Shown here: piece after piece, positions 1-9,274 of the stretch
Layout: each line of letters begins with the position of its first letter
Position numbering within the stretch: the stretch's first letter is position 1
Source of the DNA: an uncultured Aquificales bacterium
GTDB taxonomy: Bacteria > Thermosulfidibacterota > Thermosulfidibacteria > Thermosulfidibacterales > Thermosulfidibacteraceae
Direction of reading: 5' to 3'
Length of the DNA: 14,418 bases
NCBI GenBank assembly: GCA_964453345.1
Contig: CAYVOC010000032.1
Span: 1-14,418 of the forward strand
Made by a program: the position numbers and the translations under genes
Notes under the pieces: model-generated
Database searches by the model: none
Told to the model about the DNA's origin: nothing
Seen by the model: only the letters and a program-made list of their open reading frames with translations

Positions 1-393
1 CTCCTCGCACAGCTCCAAGAGGACGCCGTTGGTGGATTTGGGGTGGACGAAGGCGATTTTGGTGTTGTGGGCGCCGCACCTTGGCCTTTCGTCTATGAGC
101 TTGACCCCGGCCTTTTTGAGGGTTTCGAGAGCCTCTTCTATGTTTTCTACCTCTATGGCTATGTGGTGTATTCCTTCGCCCCTTTTGGCGATGAACTTCG
201 CCACGGGAGACTCCTCATCCGTTGCCTCAAGAAGCTCTATTCTGGTCTCCCCCACCTGTATGAAGGCGACCCTCACCCTCTGCTCCTCAACCACCTCTTC
301 TCCCTCAACCTTCAGGCCCAGAATCTCATAGAGCTTCTTTGCCTCCTCTATGCTCTTTACCGCTATGCCTATGTGGTTAACCTTCTTTACCAT
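1..393 (-). CDS. mce: Methylmalonyl-CoA epimerase (VOC/glyoxalase fold); 3' end runs off the window edge
   Basis: Not in the ORF track. Manual translation from the ATG at 393 gives [26 protein letters not shown]...[32 protein letters not shown]...[19 protein letters not shown] (131 codons, no stop in the window). [14 protein letters not shown] and [12 protein letters not shown] are typical MCE motifs. SD GAGGAGGT lies just upstream, and the gene is clustered with the mutase and carboxylase. Confidence 0.93.
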   Translation of the reverse strand, partial: MVKKVNHIGIAVKSIEEAKKLYEILGLKVEGEEVVEEQRVRVAFIQVGETRIELLEATDEESPVAKFIAKRGEGIHHIAIEVENIEEALETLKKAGVKLIDERPRCGAHNTKIAFVHPKSTNGVLLELCEE

Positions 394-2029
394 CTGCCAC
401 CTCCTCGGGAGCCTTTGGCTCCACCGTTATTGTTGAGTAGTTTGTGTAATAGACGGCGCCGGGCCTTGCCGGCTTCATTCTTTTTACATACTTGATGCGG
501 GTGTAATCAACATCCACCTTGGATGAGTTTCTCGCCCTGCTGAAGTAGGCCGCAAGGGACGCCGCCTTTTCTATCACGCTTTCGGGGATCCTTTTCCCCT
601 TCACCACCACGTGAGACCCCGGATAACCTTTTACGTGAAACCACAGATCGTTTTTGTCGGCGAGCTTGAAGGTCACATACTCGTTCGCCCTGCTGTTTTT
701 GCCCACGAGAACCCTGAATCCCTCTATGTCCAGTTTCAGGTGGGACGGTTCCCTTGCCGGCTTTCTTTTTTCCCTTTTTTTCTTCTGCAGGTAGCCTTCG
801 GAAACGAGAAGCTCCTCTATGTCCTCAAGGGTTTCTGCATCCAGCGCCTCCTCCACCTGCCAGAGCAGCTCCTCCAGGAAGTCCAGCTCCTGCTGGATCT
901 GCGCGATTCTGTTCAAGGTGTGCTGGTGCTTGTTCTTGAGCTTGGAGTAGAGGGCGAAGTATCTCTGGGCCGTCTGGGAGGGCTTGGCGTCCGCATCAAG
1001 GGGGATCCTTAGAAGTTCCCCGGGCTGGTAGGGGTTTTCAAGGGTGACCTCACCTTCCTTTGGCTGGATGCGGTTGAGGTTGATGAGTATGGTCTCCGCC
1101 CACAGCCTGTATTTTTCGTAGTCCTTGGCGCCTTCTGCCTCCTCCTCAAGCTGCTTTTTAAGCCTTGTGAGCCTCTTTATCCTTGCGGATATCACGGATC
1201 TGAGGGAGCTTTTCCGGGACTCTATCTCCTTCAGGGTGAGAAGCTCCGGAATCCACAAAGACAGGGCGTTGTTTGCTTCAAGAGACTCCTCTCCCCTTTT
1301 GAAGGGATAGATTCTTTTGTCCTGCCTCCAGAGCAGGGGCGAAAGCAGCTCATCCTTTAGTTCGCAGAATGCGCTCCAGGCTGCAAGCAGCTCATCCGGG
1401 CTTGAGACAGGATCCTTCCCCACCCTTGACTCAAGCTCCTTCGCCAGAAACCTCGGAACGGGAAAGAAGTGTTTCTGTATTCCCTTTGTTCCCTCCCTGG
1501 AGAGCACATCAAAGAAGCGCTCTCTGTCCACATCCAGAAGAAACTCCCCCTTTGCAGGCTCAGGGGGGAAGTAGGTCCTTGCTGGCATTATGCTTCTTTC
1601 CTCAAGCCCACCTTCCTTTCTCCTCCAGGCATCAAGGATGCGTTCACCCTGGCAGAGTATGAGGTTGCTCTGTTTTCCCAGGACCTCGAATATGAGGGAG
1701 TATTCCATCTTTTGGCCTGTGAAGCTTTCGTAGAGCAGCCTCCACACAAATACCCTTTCCCCCTTGGGATGGCTGAAATCCACCAACCTTGCGTTTTTGA
1801 TGTGCCTTTCCATGAGGGAGGAGAGGTGGCCTGCGCCCTTGAACAGAGGCTCCTTTGAGAGAAAGAAGCAGGCGTAATCCGCATCAAGCACTATGTTTAA
1901 AAAGGGGAAAGGGGTCTTTTTTAGCCTTATGCTTATGCCCCTTTCCCCCTGCTGCGCCCTTACAAATACGGCTCCTTCAAGCTTCTCTTTTATGAACCGT
2001 GCTTCCTTTGCTAAGCTGTAGTAGTCCAC
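377..2029 (-). CDS. rqcH: NFACT-family ribosome quality-control protein RqcH/Rqc2 (FbpA/PavA-like)
   Basis: 550 aa, GTG start. NFACT-N segment ([13 protein letters not shown]...[12 protein letters not shown]), coiled coil with [12 protein letters not shown], and C-terminal NFACT-R ([14 protein letters not shown]...[15 protein letters not shown]...AASLAAYFS...VDYT..KYVKR...PGAVYY). Confidence 0.88.
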   Translation of the reverse strand: MDYYSLAKEARFIKEKLEGAVFVRAQQGERGISIRLKKTPFPFLNIVLDADYACFFLSKEPLFKGAGHLSSLMERHIKNARLVDFSHPKGERVFVWRLLYESFTGQKMEYSLIFEVLGKQSNLILCQGERILDAWRRKEGGLEERSIMPARTYFPPEPAKGEFLLDVDRERFFDVLSREGTKGIQKHFFPVPRFLAKELESRVGKDPVSSPDELLAAWSAFCELKDELLSPLLWRQDKRIYPFKRGEESLEANNALSLWIPELLTLKEIESRKSSLRSVISARIKRLTRLKKQLEEEAEGAKDYEKYRLWAETILINLNRIQPKEGEVTLENPYQPGELLRIPLDADAKPSQTAQRYFALYSKLKNKHQHTLNRIAQIQQELDFLEELLWQVEEALDAETLEDIEELLVSEGYLQKKKREKRKPAREPSHLKLDIEGFRVLVGKNSRANEYVTFKLADKNDLWFHVKGYPGSHVVVKGKRIPESVIEKAASLAAYFSRARNSSKVDVDYTRIKYVKRMKPARPGAVYYTNYSTITVEPKAPEEVADGKEG

Positions 2030-2033
2030 CCCC

Positions 2034-3722
2034 CTATATTATCACCTTCTCCTTGTGCTCGCCATAGACCTTTCTCAGAACATCGGAGATCTCCCCGAGG
2101 GTGGCGTAAACCTTCACAGCCTCGTATATGGGATAGACCACGTTTTCTCCGGCCCTTGCCGCCTTCTCAAGCTCGGAGAGGGCCTTCTCCACCTTCTCGT
2201 TGTCCCTCTCTGCCCTTACCTTCTTCACCCTCTCAATCTGCCTTCTTTCCACCTCGAAATCTATCTTGAGGATCTCCCTTTCCGTCTCCTCTTCCTCGAT
2301 GACGAACTCGTTCACCCCGACAATAATCTGCTCCTTTTTGTCTATGGCAAGCTGATATGCGTAGGCGGCGTCCTGTATCTCTTTCTGTATAAGCCCCTCC
2401 TCGATGCAGCGAAGCACGCCGCCGTTCTTCTCTATCCAGTCTATGTATTCCCAGGCCCTTTTCTCTATCTCGTTTGTGAGATACTCCACGGCGAAGGAGC
2501 CAGCCAGCGGATCTATGAAGTCGGCAACGCCGGACTCATAGGCGATTATCTGCTGGGTCCTGAGGGCGATTCTCGCCGAGGTCTCGGTGGGAAGGGCAAG
2601 CGCCTCATCCAGGGCGTTGGTGTGCAAAGACTGGGTGCCGCCGAGGACCGCTGCAAGCGCCTGAATCGCCACCCTCACCACGTTGTTCTCTGGCTGCTGG
2701 GCCGTGAGGGTGGAGCCTGCGGTCTGGGTGTGGAAGCGAAGCCTCATGGATGCGGGATTTTTGGCGTTGAAGCGTTCCTTCATGATTTTAGCCCACATGC
2801 GGCGGGCGGCGCGGAACTTGGCTATCTCCTCAAGGAAGTTGTTGTGGCAGTTGAAGAAGAAGGAGAGCCTTGGTGCAAACTCGTCCACATCCAGCCCCGC
2901 CTTTATTGCCGCCTCCACGTAGGTTATGCCGTTTGCTAAGGTGAAGGCCACCTCCTGAACGGCGGTGGAGCCGGCCTCCCTTATGTGGTATCCGGAGATG
3001 GAGATGGGATTCCACTTGGGCACCCTATCCTTGCAGAAGGCGAATATGTCGGTGATTATCTTGAGGGATGGCTCAGGGGGGAAGATGTAGGTTCCCCTGG
3101 CTATATACTCTTTGAGCACATCGTTCTGGATGGTTCCCCTCAAAACCTTTGAGTCCACCCCCTGCTTTTCCGCAACGGCTATATACATGCAGAGCAGAAT
3201 GGCCGCCGTGGCGTTTATGGTCATGGAGGTGGAGACCTTGTCCAAGGGGATGCCGTCAAAGAGTATCTCCATGTCGGCCAGAGAATCTATGGCGACTCCA
3301 ACCCTTCCCACCTCGCCTGCCGCCATGGGGTGGTCGGAGTCGTAGCCCATCTGGGTGGGAAGGTCGAAGGCGACGGAAAGTCCCGTCTGTCCCTGGGAGA
3401 GCAGGTATTTGTAGCGCTTGTTGGACTCCTCTGCGGTGCCGAAGCCCGCATACTGCCTCATGGTCCAGAAGCGGCCCCTATACATGGTGGGCTGGACACC
3501 GCGGGTGAAGGGGTATTCGCCGGGAAAGCCCAGGTCCCTTTCGTAGTCCAGGTCCTCCACGTCGGAGGAGGTGAAGCACCTCTTTATCTCTATGCCGGAG
3601 AAGGTTTTGAAGGTCTCTTTCCTTTCCGGTGCTTTTTTCAGCACCTTGGCAACGGTGGTCTCCTCCCAGCGCTTCCTTTCATCAACAAGCTTCTTTGCCG
3701 TCTCCTTATCGTAAACCCTCAT
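2034..3722 (-). CDS. Methylmalonyl-CoA mutase, substrate-binding (large) subunit of a split two-subunit enzyme
   Basis: 562 aa with [51 protein letters not shown] and [11 protein letters not shown]. Tyr91 in RQY and Arg in YIARGT are the malonyl-carboxylate determinants (isobutyryl-CoA mutase has Phe/Gln). No C-terminal DxHxxG cobalamin domain. SD GGAGG upstream. Confidence 0.93.
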   Translation of the reverse strand: MRVYDKETAKKLVDERKRWEETTVAKVLKKAPERKETFKTFSGIEIKRCFTSSDVEDLDYERDLGFPGEYPFTRGVQPTMYRGRFWTMRQYAGFGTAEESNKRYKYLLSQGQTGLSVAFDLPTQMGYDSDHPMAAGEVGRVGVAIDSLADMEILFDGIPLDKVSTSMTINATAAILLCMYIAVAEKQGVDSKVLRGTIQNDVLKEYIARGTYIFPPEPSLKIITDIFAFCKDRVPKWNPISISGYHIREAGSTAVQEVAFTLANGITYVEAAIKAGLDVDEFAPRLSFFFNCHNNFLEEIAKFRAARRMWAKIMKERFNAKNPASMRLRFHTQTAGSTLTAQQPENNVVRVAIQALAAVLGGTQSLHTNALDEALALPTETSARIALRTQQIIAYESGVADFIDPLAGSFAVEYLTNEIEKRAWEYIDWIEKNGGVLRCIEEGLIQKEIQDAAYAYQLAIDKKEQIIVGVNEFVIEEEETEREILKIDFEVERRQIERVKKVRAERDNEKVEKALSELEKAARAGENVVYPIYEAVKVYATLGEISDVLRKVYGEHKEKVII

Positions 3723-3738
3723 GGGGCACCTCCAAAAG

Positions 3739-4272
3739 CTATTCTATCACCACCAGGACCGCTCCCGTGTTCACCACATCCCCCTCTTTCACCTTGACCG
3801 CCTTGACTATGCCGTCCTTGGGCGCCTTGAACTCGTTTTCCATCTTCATGGCCTCAAGAATCACGAGGGGCTGTCCCTTCTTCACCTCGTCGCCTTCTTT
3901 TACGAAGACCTTGGTGACTTTGCCGGTCATGGAGGTCTTCACCTCGCCCTCTGCAACACCCGCCTCGCCGTGCAGGAGCTTTTCCAGCTTCATCTTCATC
4001 TCGTCCATCACCTTTAGCTCGTAGTGCTCTCCCTCAAGGAGCACCTCGTAGAGGTTCTTGTCCTTCTCCTCCAGGTCCACCTCATAGCTTCTGTTGTCGG
4101 CAAGAACGCTGTAGGTGCAGCAGCCGTGCCTTCTCACATCGAGGGTGAGTTCCTTGAGAAGTTTCTCCTTTTCTTCTTCGAGTTCATAGATAGTGACCTG
4201 ATACACGCCCTCGGAGAGGCTCTTCACATCAACCTTGTATTCCTTGTCCTTATAGAGAGCTATGTAAGCCAT
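3739..4272 (-). CDS. Biotin carboxyl carrier protein of acyl-CoA carboxylase, with an N-terminal beta-rich extension
   Basis: 177 aa. C-terminal biotinyl domain [37 protein letters not shown] with the EAMKM biotinylation motif. SD AAGGAGG lies upstream, inside the ATPase gene. Confidence 0.93.
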   Translation of the reverse strand: MAYIALYKDKEYKVDVKSLSEGVYQVTIYELEEEKEKLLKELTLDVRRHGCCTYSVLADNRSYEVDLEEKDKNLYEVLLEGEHYELKVMDEMKMKLEKLLHGEAGVAEGEVKTSMTGKVTKVFVKEGDEVKKGQPLVILEAMKMENEFKAPKDGIVKAVKVKEGDVVNTGAVLVVIE

Positions 4273-5344
4273 GGGTAACCTCCTTTATAGCTTTCCAGAG
4301 AAGTTTGCTCTGGGGCTTTACAGTGCCCTTTAATGGATCGTAAAAGAGCACATTTTCCTGGATCAGGAACCTGCGAACCCTTCTCGGAATCCTTGTAGCT
4401 TCAATTTCGCCCTCTTTCAGCTTTTCCAACGCCTCCACAATTCCTTTAGCGTCCACGCTGTCCCTTTCCCCGTCCTCCACAGCTTCCAGAAAATCCCTGA
4501 GCCTTGCTGTTTCGCTTCCGAGCATGCGCCTGAGCGCCTCTTTCTCTGGGTATCCCCTTCTTTTCTCTTCAAAAAGGCTCACCATGTCTCCCAGCTTCCC
4601 GCCTATGTATTCCCACACAAGCTCCTTATCTTCAAATCCGAACGCCTCGTATGCCTTGAAAGCCTCTTCCTTTGGGAGATCATCCACCAGCATATATTTT
4701 GCACGCCCCTCAAGCCGGGCATTGCTGTAGATTTGCTCTATGAACAGGCAATCACTGGTTGCACAAAGACAGTGGCACAGATGTTTCTCCTTTGTCAGCC
4801 TCACCAGGAAGTTGAACAGCCTTGCAAGAAGGGGCTGGCCCGCCGCATTCAGTTCCCCTTCAAGCACCTGCATCTCGTCAAACACAAGCACAGGTCTTTT
4901 GCCTCTGCTTGCGAATCTATCCATAACCCTTTCCAGATAGTGGAACATGTCTATCTTCTCTGGCTCCTCTTCTCCGACCTGGAGTTTGGCTATCACCTCT
5001 GCGGGAAGCTCTATGGCGGTGTTTATTTTCTTCGCCACCTTTTCCACATACTCCACTGCCGCTGCCACAAGGGGTAGATTGCCCTTTATCCTCTCCCAGA
5101 GATTCTTGTCCCCCAGCTCAAAGAAGGCTCTGGTGAACTTGGAGTAGCCCCCCTCAAAGCCGCGGAAGTTGATATAAAATACCCGATAATCCTCCGGCAG
5201 CTCCTCAAGCACCCGCATAAGAAGCGCCGTTTTGCCGCTGTTTATGGGACCGTATACGAAATAGACAAAGCTGGGCCTTCCGGTCAGCACGGTCTTCAGT
5301 TCCCCTATCTCCCTTTCTCTGTTAACGAATTCGGGTGCTTCCAT
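4250..5344 (-). CDS. Archaeal-type (MJ-type, ATPase_2-like) STAND/AAA+ P-loop ATPase of unknown function
   Basis: 364 aa. N-terminal FVNREREI, Walker A YGPINSGKT, Walker B VLVFDEMQ, then LFNFLVRLTKEKHLCH..ATSD.LFIE, IGGK and C-terminal NVLFYDP...PQSKLLWKAIKE. This motif set is characteristic of the Methanococcales-expanded ATP-binding protein family. Confidence 0.85.
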   Translation of the reverse strand: MEAPEFVNREREIGELKTVLTGRPSFVYFVYGPINSGKTALLMRVLEELPEDYRVFYINFRGFEGGYSKFTRAFFELGDKNLWERIKGNLPLVAAAVEYVEKVAKKINTAIELPAEVIAKLQVGEEEPEKIDMFHYLERVMDRFASRGKRPVLVFDEMQVLEGELNAAGQPLLARLFNFLVRLTKEKHLCHCLCATSDCLFIEQIYSNARLEGRAKYMLVDDLPKEEAFKAYEAFGFEDKELVWEYIGGKLGDMVSLFEEKRRGYPEKEALRRMLGSETARLRDFLEAVEDGERDSVDAKGIVEALEKLKEGEIEATRIPRRVRRFLIQENVLFYDPLKGTVKPQSKLLWKAIKEVTHGLHSSL

Positions 5345-5353
5345 TTTCGCCCT

Positions 5354-6853
5354 TTACCACCAGCAGGTTCTCATAAGCATCTTCCTTCCGAAGAACTTCC
5401 AGGGATCAAGCCCGCCCTCTTTGCACACCCTTGATGGAGCGGTCTCCTTCTCTTCCTCGGCGATTGCCGCAAGGGCGAGGGCAAGCTCCAAGCCCTCCTC
5501 GGAACCCTTCTCCAGCTTCTCCAGAACGGAGCTGACGAAGGTGGTGTCAAAGTCTCCCTTGATGAACCTTTCATCATCAAGCACCACAAGGTGGAAGGGT
5601 ATGGTGGTCCTTATGCCCCTGACAACAAACTCTCTCAAAGCGCGCTTGCTCCTTTCTATCACCTCTTTCCTGTCCCTTCCCCAAACAATCAGCTTTGCCA
5701 CTATGGGGTCGTATTCCATGGGGACCACTGCTCCCTCAAAGACACCCACATCCACCCTGACGCCCGGTCCGCCGGGAACCCTGAAGCCGGTGATCTTGCC
5801 CGGTGTGGGCATGAAGTTGTTGAAGGGGTCCTCGGCGTAGATACGAAACTCCATCGCCGCCCCTTCCATCTTCACATCTTCCTGCTTTATCTCAAGCTTT
5901 TCACCGGCAGCTATCTTTATCATCTCCTTGACTATGTCTATGCCCGTGACCATCTCGGTGACGGGGTGCTCCACCTGCAGACGGGTGTTCACTTCCAAGA
6001 AGTAGAAGTTCCTGTCTTTGTCCACCAGGAACTCAACGGTTCCGGCGCTGTAGTAGCCTGCGGCGGCTGCCACCTTCAAAGCAGCCTCTCCCATGCGGCG
6101 GCGCAGGTCCTCGTCCATGATGACAGAAGGGGTCTCCTCTATCACCTTCTGATGGCGCCTCTGGATGGAGCACTCACGCTCCCCCAAGTAGATACCGTTT
6201 CCGTATTTGTCCACCAGAATCTGCATCTCAACGTGCCTGGGGTTTTCAATGTATTTCTCTATGTAGAGGGAGTCGTCTCCGAAGGCGCCCTTGGCCTCGG
6301 AGCGCGCCATTCTGATGGCGGACTCAAGCTCTTCCTTGCTGTGGACAAGCCTCATTCCCTTGCCGCCGCCGCCTGCAACCGCCTTCAGCATGATGGGAAA
6401 GCCGATCTCTTCGGCCTTTTTCATAATCTCCTCATCGCTCAGGGGTTCCAGGGTTCCGGGAGTTACGGGAACCCCTGCCTTCATGGCGGTCTGCCTTGCC
6501 ACCGTCTTGCTTCCCATGGCGACGATGGCTTCCTTGGGAGGCCCTATGAAGACGATGCCTGCATCCTCACAGGCCTTGGCGAATTCCGCATTCTCCGCAA
6601 GGAATCCGTATCCGGGGTGGATGGCCTCGGCCCCGGAGCGTTTGGCGACATCTATGATCTTGTCTATGCGAAGGTAACTTTCAGCCGCGGGAGCGGGTCC
6701 TATGTGGTAGGCTTCATCCGCCATCCTCACGTGCAGGGCGTCCCTGTCCACATCGGAGAAGACCGCCACCGTCTTTATGCCCATCTCCCGGCAGGCTCTT
6801 ATGATTCTCACTGCTATCTCGCTTCTGTTTGCAACAAGCACCTTCTTGAACAT
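5354..6853 (-). CDS. accC: Biotin carboxylase subunit of acetyl/propionyl-CoA carboxylase
   Basis: 499 aa with KKVLVANRSEIA, IHPGYGFLAEN, GGGGKGMR, ERECSIQRRHQKVIEE, FLEVNTRLQVEHPVTE and RIYAEDP. SD AAGGAGG upstream. Confidence 0.95.
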   Translation of the reverse strand: MFKKVLVANRSEIAVRIIRACREMGIKTVAVFSDVDRDALHVRMADEAYHIGPAPAAESYLRIDKIIDVAKRSGAEAIHPGYGFLAENAEFAKACEDAGIVFIGPPKEAIVAMGSKTVARQTAMKAGVPVTPGTLEPLSDEEIMKKAEEIGFPIMLKAVAGGGGKGMRLVHSKEELESAIRMARSEAKGAFGDDSLYIEKYIENPRHVEMQILVDKYGNGIYLGERECSIQRRHQKVIEETPSVIMDEDLRRRMGEAALKVAAAAGYYSAGTVEFLVDKDRNFYFLEVNTRLQVEHPVTEMVTGIDIVKEMIKIAAGEKLEIKQEDVKMEGAAMEFRIYAEDPFNNFMPTPGKITGFRVPGGPGVRVDVGVFEGAVVPMEYDPIVAKLIVWGRDRKEVIERSKRALREFVVRGIRTTIPFHLVVLDDERFIKGDFDTTFVSSVLEKLEKGSEEGLELALALAAIAEEEKETAPSRVCKEGGLDPWKFFGRKMLMRTCWW

Positions 6854-6871
6854 GGCTCGCCTCCTTTTCCC

Positions 6872-8422
6872 TTACAGGGGGATGTTTCCGTGCTTCTTGG
6901 GCGGCATGGTGTCCCTCTTGCCGAGGCATGTTTCGAGCGCCTGGATCAGCCTCATTCTGGTGTATTTGGGCTCTATCACCTCGTCGATGTATCCCATCTG
7001 GGCCGCAATGTAGGGGTTGGCGAAGGTCTTTCTGTATTCTTCAACGAGCCTTGCCTTCTCAGCCTCGGGATCCTCGGCTTCGGCTATCTGCTTTCTGAAG
7101 ATGATGTTGACGGCGCCATCGGGCCCCATGACGGCGATCTCCGCCGTGGGCCAGGCGAAGTTGTAGTCAGCCCTTATGTTCTTGGAGCCGAGAACGTCAA
7201 AGGCACCGCCGTAGGCCTTCCTCACCACCACAGTGAGCTTGGGAACGGTGGCTTCACAGTAAGCGTAAAGGAGCTTTGCTCCGTGCTTGATGATGCCGCC
7301 GTGCTCCTGGGCAACGCCGGGGAGGAATCCGGGCACATCCTCAAAGGTGATGATGGGGATGTTGAAGGCGTCGCAGAATCTCACAAAGCGCGCAGCCTTC
7401 ACCGATGCGTTTATGTCTAAGCAGCCTGCAAGGTGCATGGGCTGGTTTGCCACGATTCCCACCACGTGCCCGTTGAGCCTTGCAAAGCCTATGATGATGT
7501 TGGGGGCAAACAGGGGCTGGACCTCGAAGAAGTAATGGTCGTCCACCACGGTCTTTATGATCTCCTTCATGTCGTAGGGCTTGTTTGGATCATCGGGCAC
7601 GTAGTAGTTGAGGTCCTCGTCCACCCTCGCCGGGTCATCGTTGGGTTCCTTGTAGGGAGGATCCTCCAGGTTGTTGGAGGGCAGAAAGCTCATAAGCTCC
7701 CTTATGAGAAGCAGACACTCCTCGTCGTTTTCAGCCATAAAGTGGGCCACACCAGAGATGGTGTTGTGGGCGAGGGCACCCCCCAGCTCCTCCTTGGTTA
7801 TCTCCTCATGGGTGGTGGCCTTAATAACATCGGGTCCCGTGATGAACATGTAGGAGGTTTTGTTCACCATGAAGATGAAGTCGGTTATGGCGGGGGAATA
7901 AACGGCTCCTCCGGCGCAGGGTCCCATGATTGCGGAAATCTGGGGGATAACGCCTGATGCCAGGGTGTTTCTCAAGAATATATCGGCGTATCCAGCAAGG
8001 GATACCACACCCTCCTGGATTCTTGCGCCGCCTGAATCGTTCAGTCCTATGACGGGGCATCCGTTCTTCATGGCGAGGTCCATGATCTTGCAGACCTTTT
8101 TGGCGAACATCTCGGACAGAGATCCGCCGAAGACGGTGAAGTCCTGGGAGAAGACATACACCGTTCTTCCGTTTATCTTGCCGAAACCTGTGACAACTCC
8201 GTCGCCTAAGATCTTCTTCTTGTCCATGCCAAAGTGGGAGCACCTGTGCACCACAAACTTGTCCATCTCCACAAATGTCCCCTTATCCAGAAGGATGTTG
8301 ATGCGTTCACGGGCTGTGAGCTTGCCCATTTTGTGCTGTTTCTCAATCTTGTCGGGACCGCCCCCCAACTCGGCAAGCTCGTTAAGTTTTCTCAATTCCT
8401 GGAGCTTCTCTTCTATCCCCAT
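6872..8422 (-). CDS. pccB: Acyl-CoA carboxylase carboxyltransferase subunit (propionyl-CoA carboxylase beta type)
   Basis: 516 aa with [66 protein letters not shown] and C-terminal [16 protein letters not shown] upstream. Confidence 0.93.
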   Translation of the reverse strand: MGIEEKLQELRKLNELAELGGGPDKIEKQHKMGKLTARERINILLDKGTFVEMDKFVVHRCSHFGMDKKKILGDGVVTGFGKINGRTVYVFSQDFTVFGGSLSEMFAKKVCKIMDLAMKNGCPVIGLNDSGGARIQEGVVSLAGYADIFLRNTLASGVIPQISAIMGPCAGGAVYSPAITDFIFMVNKTSYMFITGPDVIKATTHEEITKEELGGALAHNTISGVAHFMAENDEECLLLIRELMSFLPSNNLEDPPYKEPNDDPARVDEDLNYYVPDDPNKPYDMKEIIKTVVDDHYFFEVQPLFAPNIIIGFARLNGHVVGIVANQPMHLAGCLDINASVKAARFVRFCDAFNIPIITFEDVPGFLPGVAQEHGGIIKHGAKLLYAYCEATVPKLTVVVRKAYGGAFDVLGSKNIRADYNFAWPTAEIAVMGPDGAVNIIFRKQIAEAEDPEAEKARLVEEYRKTFANPYIAAQMGYIDEVIEPKYTRMRLIQALETCLGKRDTMPPKKHGNIPL

Positions 8423-8455
8423 ACTCGCCCTCCTGGGTTTGTTGTGAGCTTTCGC

Positions 8456-9274
8456 TTAAATTAACAAATTTTTATACGATTTAGCAATAGCAAGCCACCC
8501 TTCAGGCTCTAAGGCATCGGGCCTTATATGGTGTGGGATTCCTGCCTCATCCAGCACCCTTTTCCAGTCCACACCGGGCAGCCCCATGCCCAGAGCCTTA
8601 ACCAGCTTCTTCCTTCTGTAGGGGAAGGCGGCATCCAGCACCTTCCTCAGCGCCGCCTTGAGTTCTGCGGACATTCTTTGCCTCCTTCTCCCCTCGATCA
8701 CAGCCGAGTCCACCTCGGGACGAGGCCAGAATGAATTTTTCGAAACCTTGAATAATACTTTAACATGAAAAGTTAGAGAAAACAATACACTCAGAACCCC
8801 GTATTCTCTGGTTCCGTGGGAGGCGGCTATCCTCTCGGCCACCTCCTTCTGAAACATGAGCACGAAGCGCTCCACTGCGTCCCCCTCGTCCCAGATCTTG
8901 AACATGAAGGGGGAGGAGATGCTGTAGGGGAGGTTGGAAACAACCACGGAACCCGGGGGAAGGAGAGGCTTCAGATCGATTTTCAGCACATCCTCTTCCA
9001 ACACCGTGACGTTGGGAGGGGCTATCTCTGAAAGGTGCCGGGCGAGTATGGGGTCCTTTTCAACGACGATTAGCTCTTTGCATCGTGGGGCGAGGGCGAG
9101 GGTGAGGGCACCGTGGCCCCCACCCACCTCAAGAACGGTCTCTTTCCCGCTCAACCTTGCGGCATCAACGATTCTCTCTATTACGGCATCGTTTATGAGA
9201 AAGTTCTGTCCAAGGCTCTTCTTTGGCCTTAAGCCCTTTGCCCTTGCCGCATCGAGGAGCTGTCTGCACCTCAC
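8456..9274 (-). CDS. rsmA: 16S rRNA m6,2A1518/1519 dimethyltransferase
   Basis: 272 aa with [42 protein letters not shown] and [10 protein letters not shown]. The GTG start overlaps the TGA stop of tal (GTGA). Confidence 0.93.
   Translation of the reverse strand: MRCRQLLDAARAKGLRPKKSLGQNFLINDAVIERIVDAARLSGKETVLEVGGGHGALTLALAPRCKELIVVEKDPILARHLSEIAPPNVTVLEEDVLKIDLKPLLPPGSVVVSNLPYSISSPFMFKIWDEGDAVERFVLMFQKEVAERIAASHGTREYGVLSVLFSLTFHVKVLFKVSKNSFWPRPEVDSAVIEGRRRQRMSAELKAALRKVLDAAFPYRRKKLVKALGMGLPGVDWKRVLDEAGIPHHIRPDALEPEGWLAIAKSYKNLLI
8458..8487 (-). promoter_or_regulatory. Candidate internal promoter for the pccB operon in the last codons of rsmA
   Basis: Minus strand TTGCTA (8487-8482), 18 nt, TAATTT (8463-8458) with TG extension, in a conspicuous AT-rich patch about 35 nt upstream of the pccB start. 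Confidence 0.5.

Noticed and set aside
29..495. + strand ORFs 29..331 and 43..495
   Set aside because: Antisense to the clearly recognisable epimerase and the end of rqcH.
2055..2939. 294-aa + strand ORF and other short ORFs within the mutase
   Set aside because: Antisense or alternate-frame shadows with no recognisable protein features.
2034..3722. Isobutyryl-CoA or 2-hydroxyisobutyryl-CoA mutase
   Set aside because: RQYAGF (Tyr) and YIARGT (Arg) are the methylmalonyl-CoA determinants, and an epimerase is in the same operon.
5591..7420. 609-aa + strand ORF spanning accC and pccB
   Set aside because: Antisense shadow of two conserved genes with His/Leu/Gly-rich composition and no motif or SD. 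Codon bias on the coding strand explains the lack of stops.
6872..8422. Interpretation as a Na+-pumping methylmalonyl-CoA decarboxylase alpha subunit
   Set aside because: No membrane beta or delta subunit is present, and an ATP-dependent biotin carboxylase is adjacent, favouring a carboxylase.
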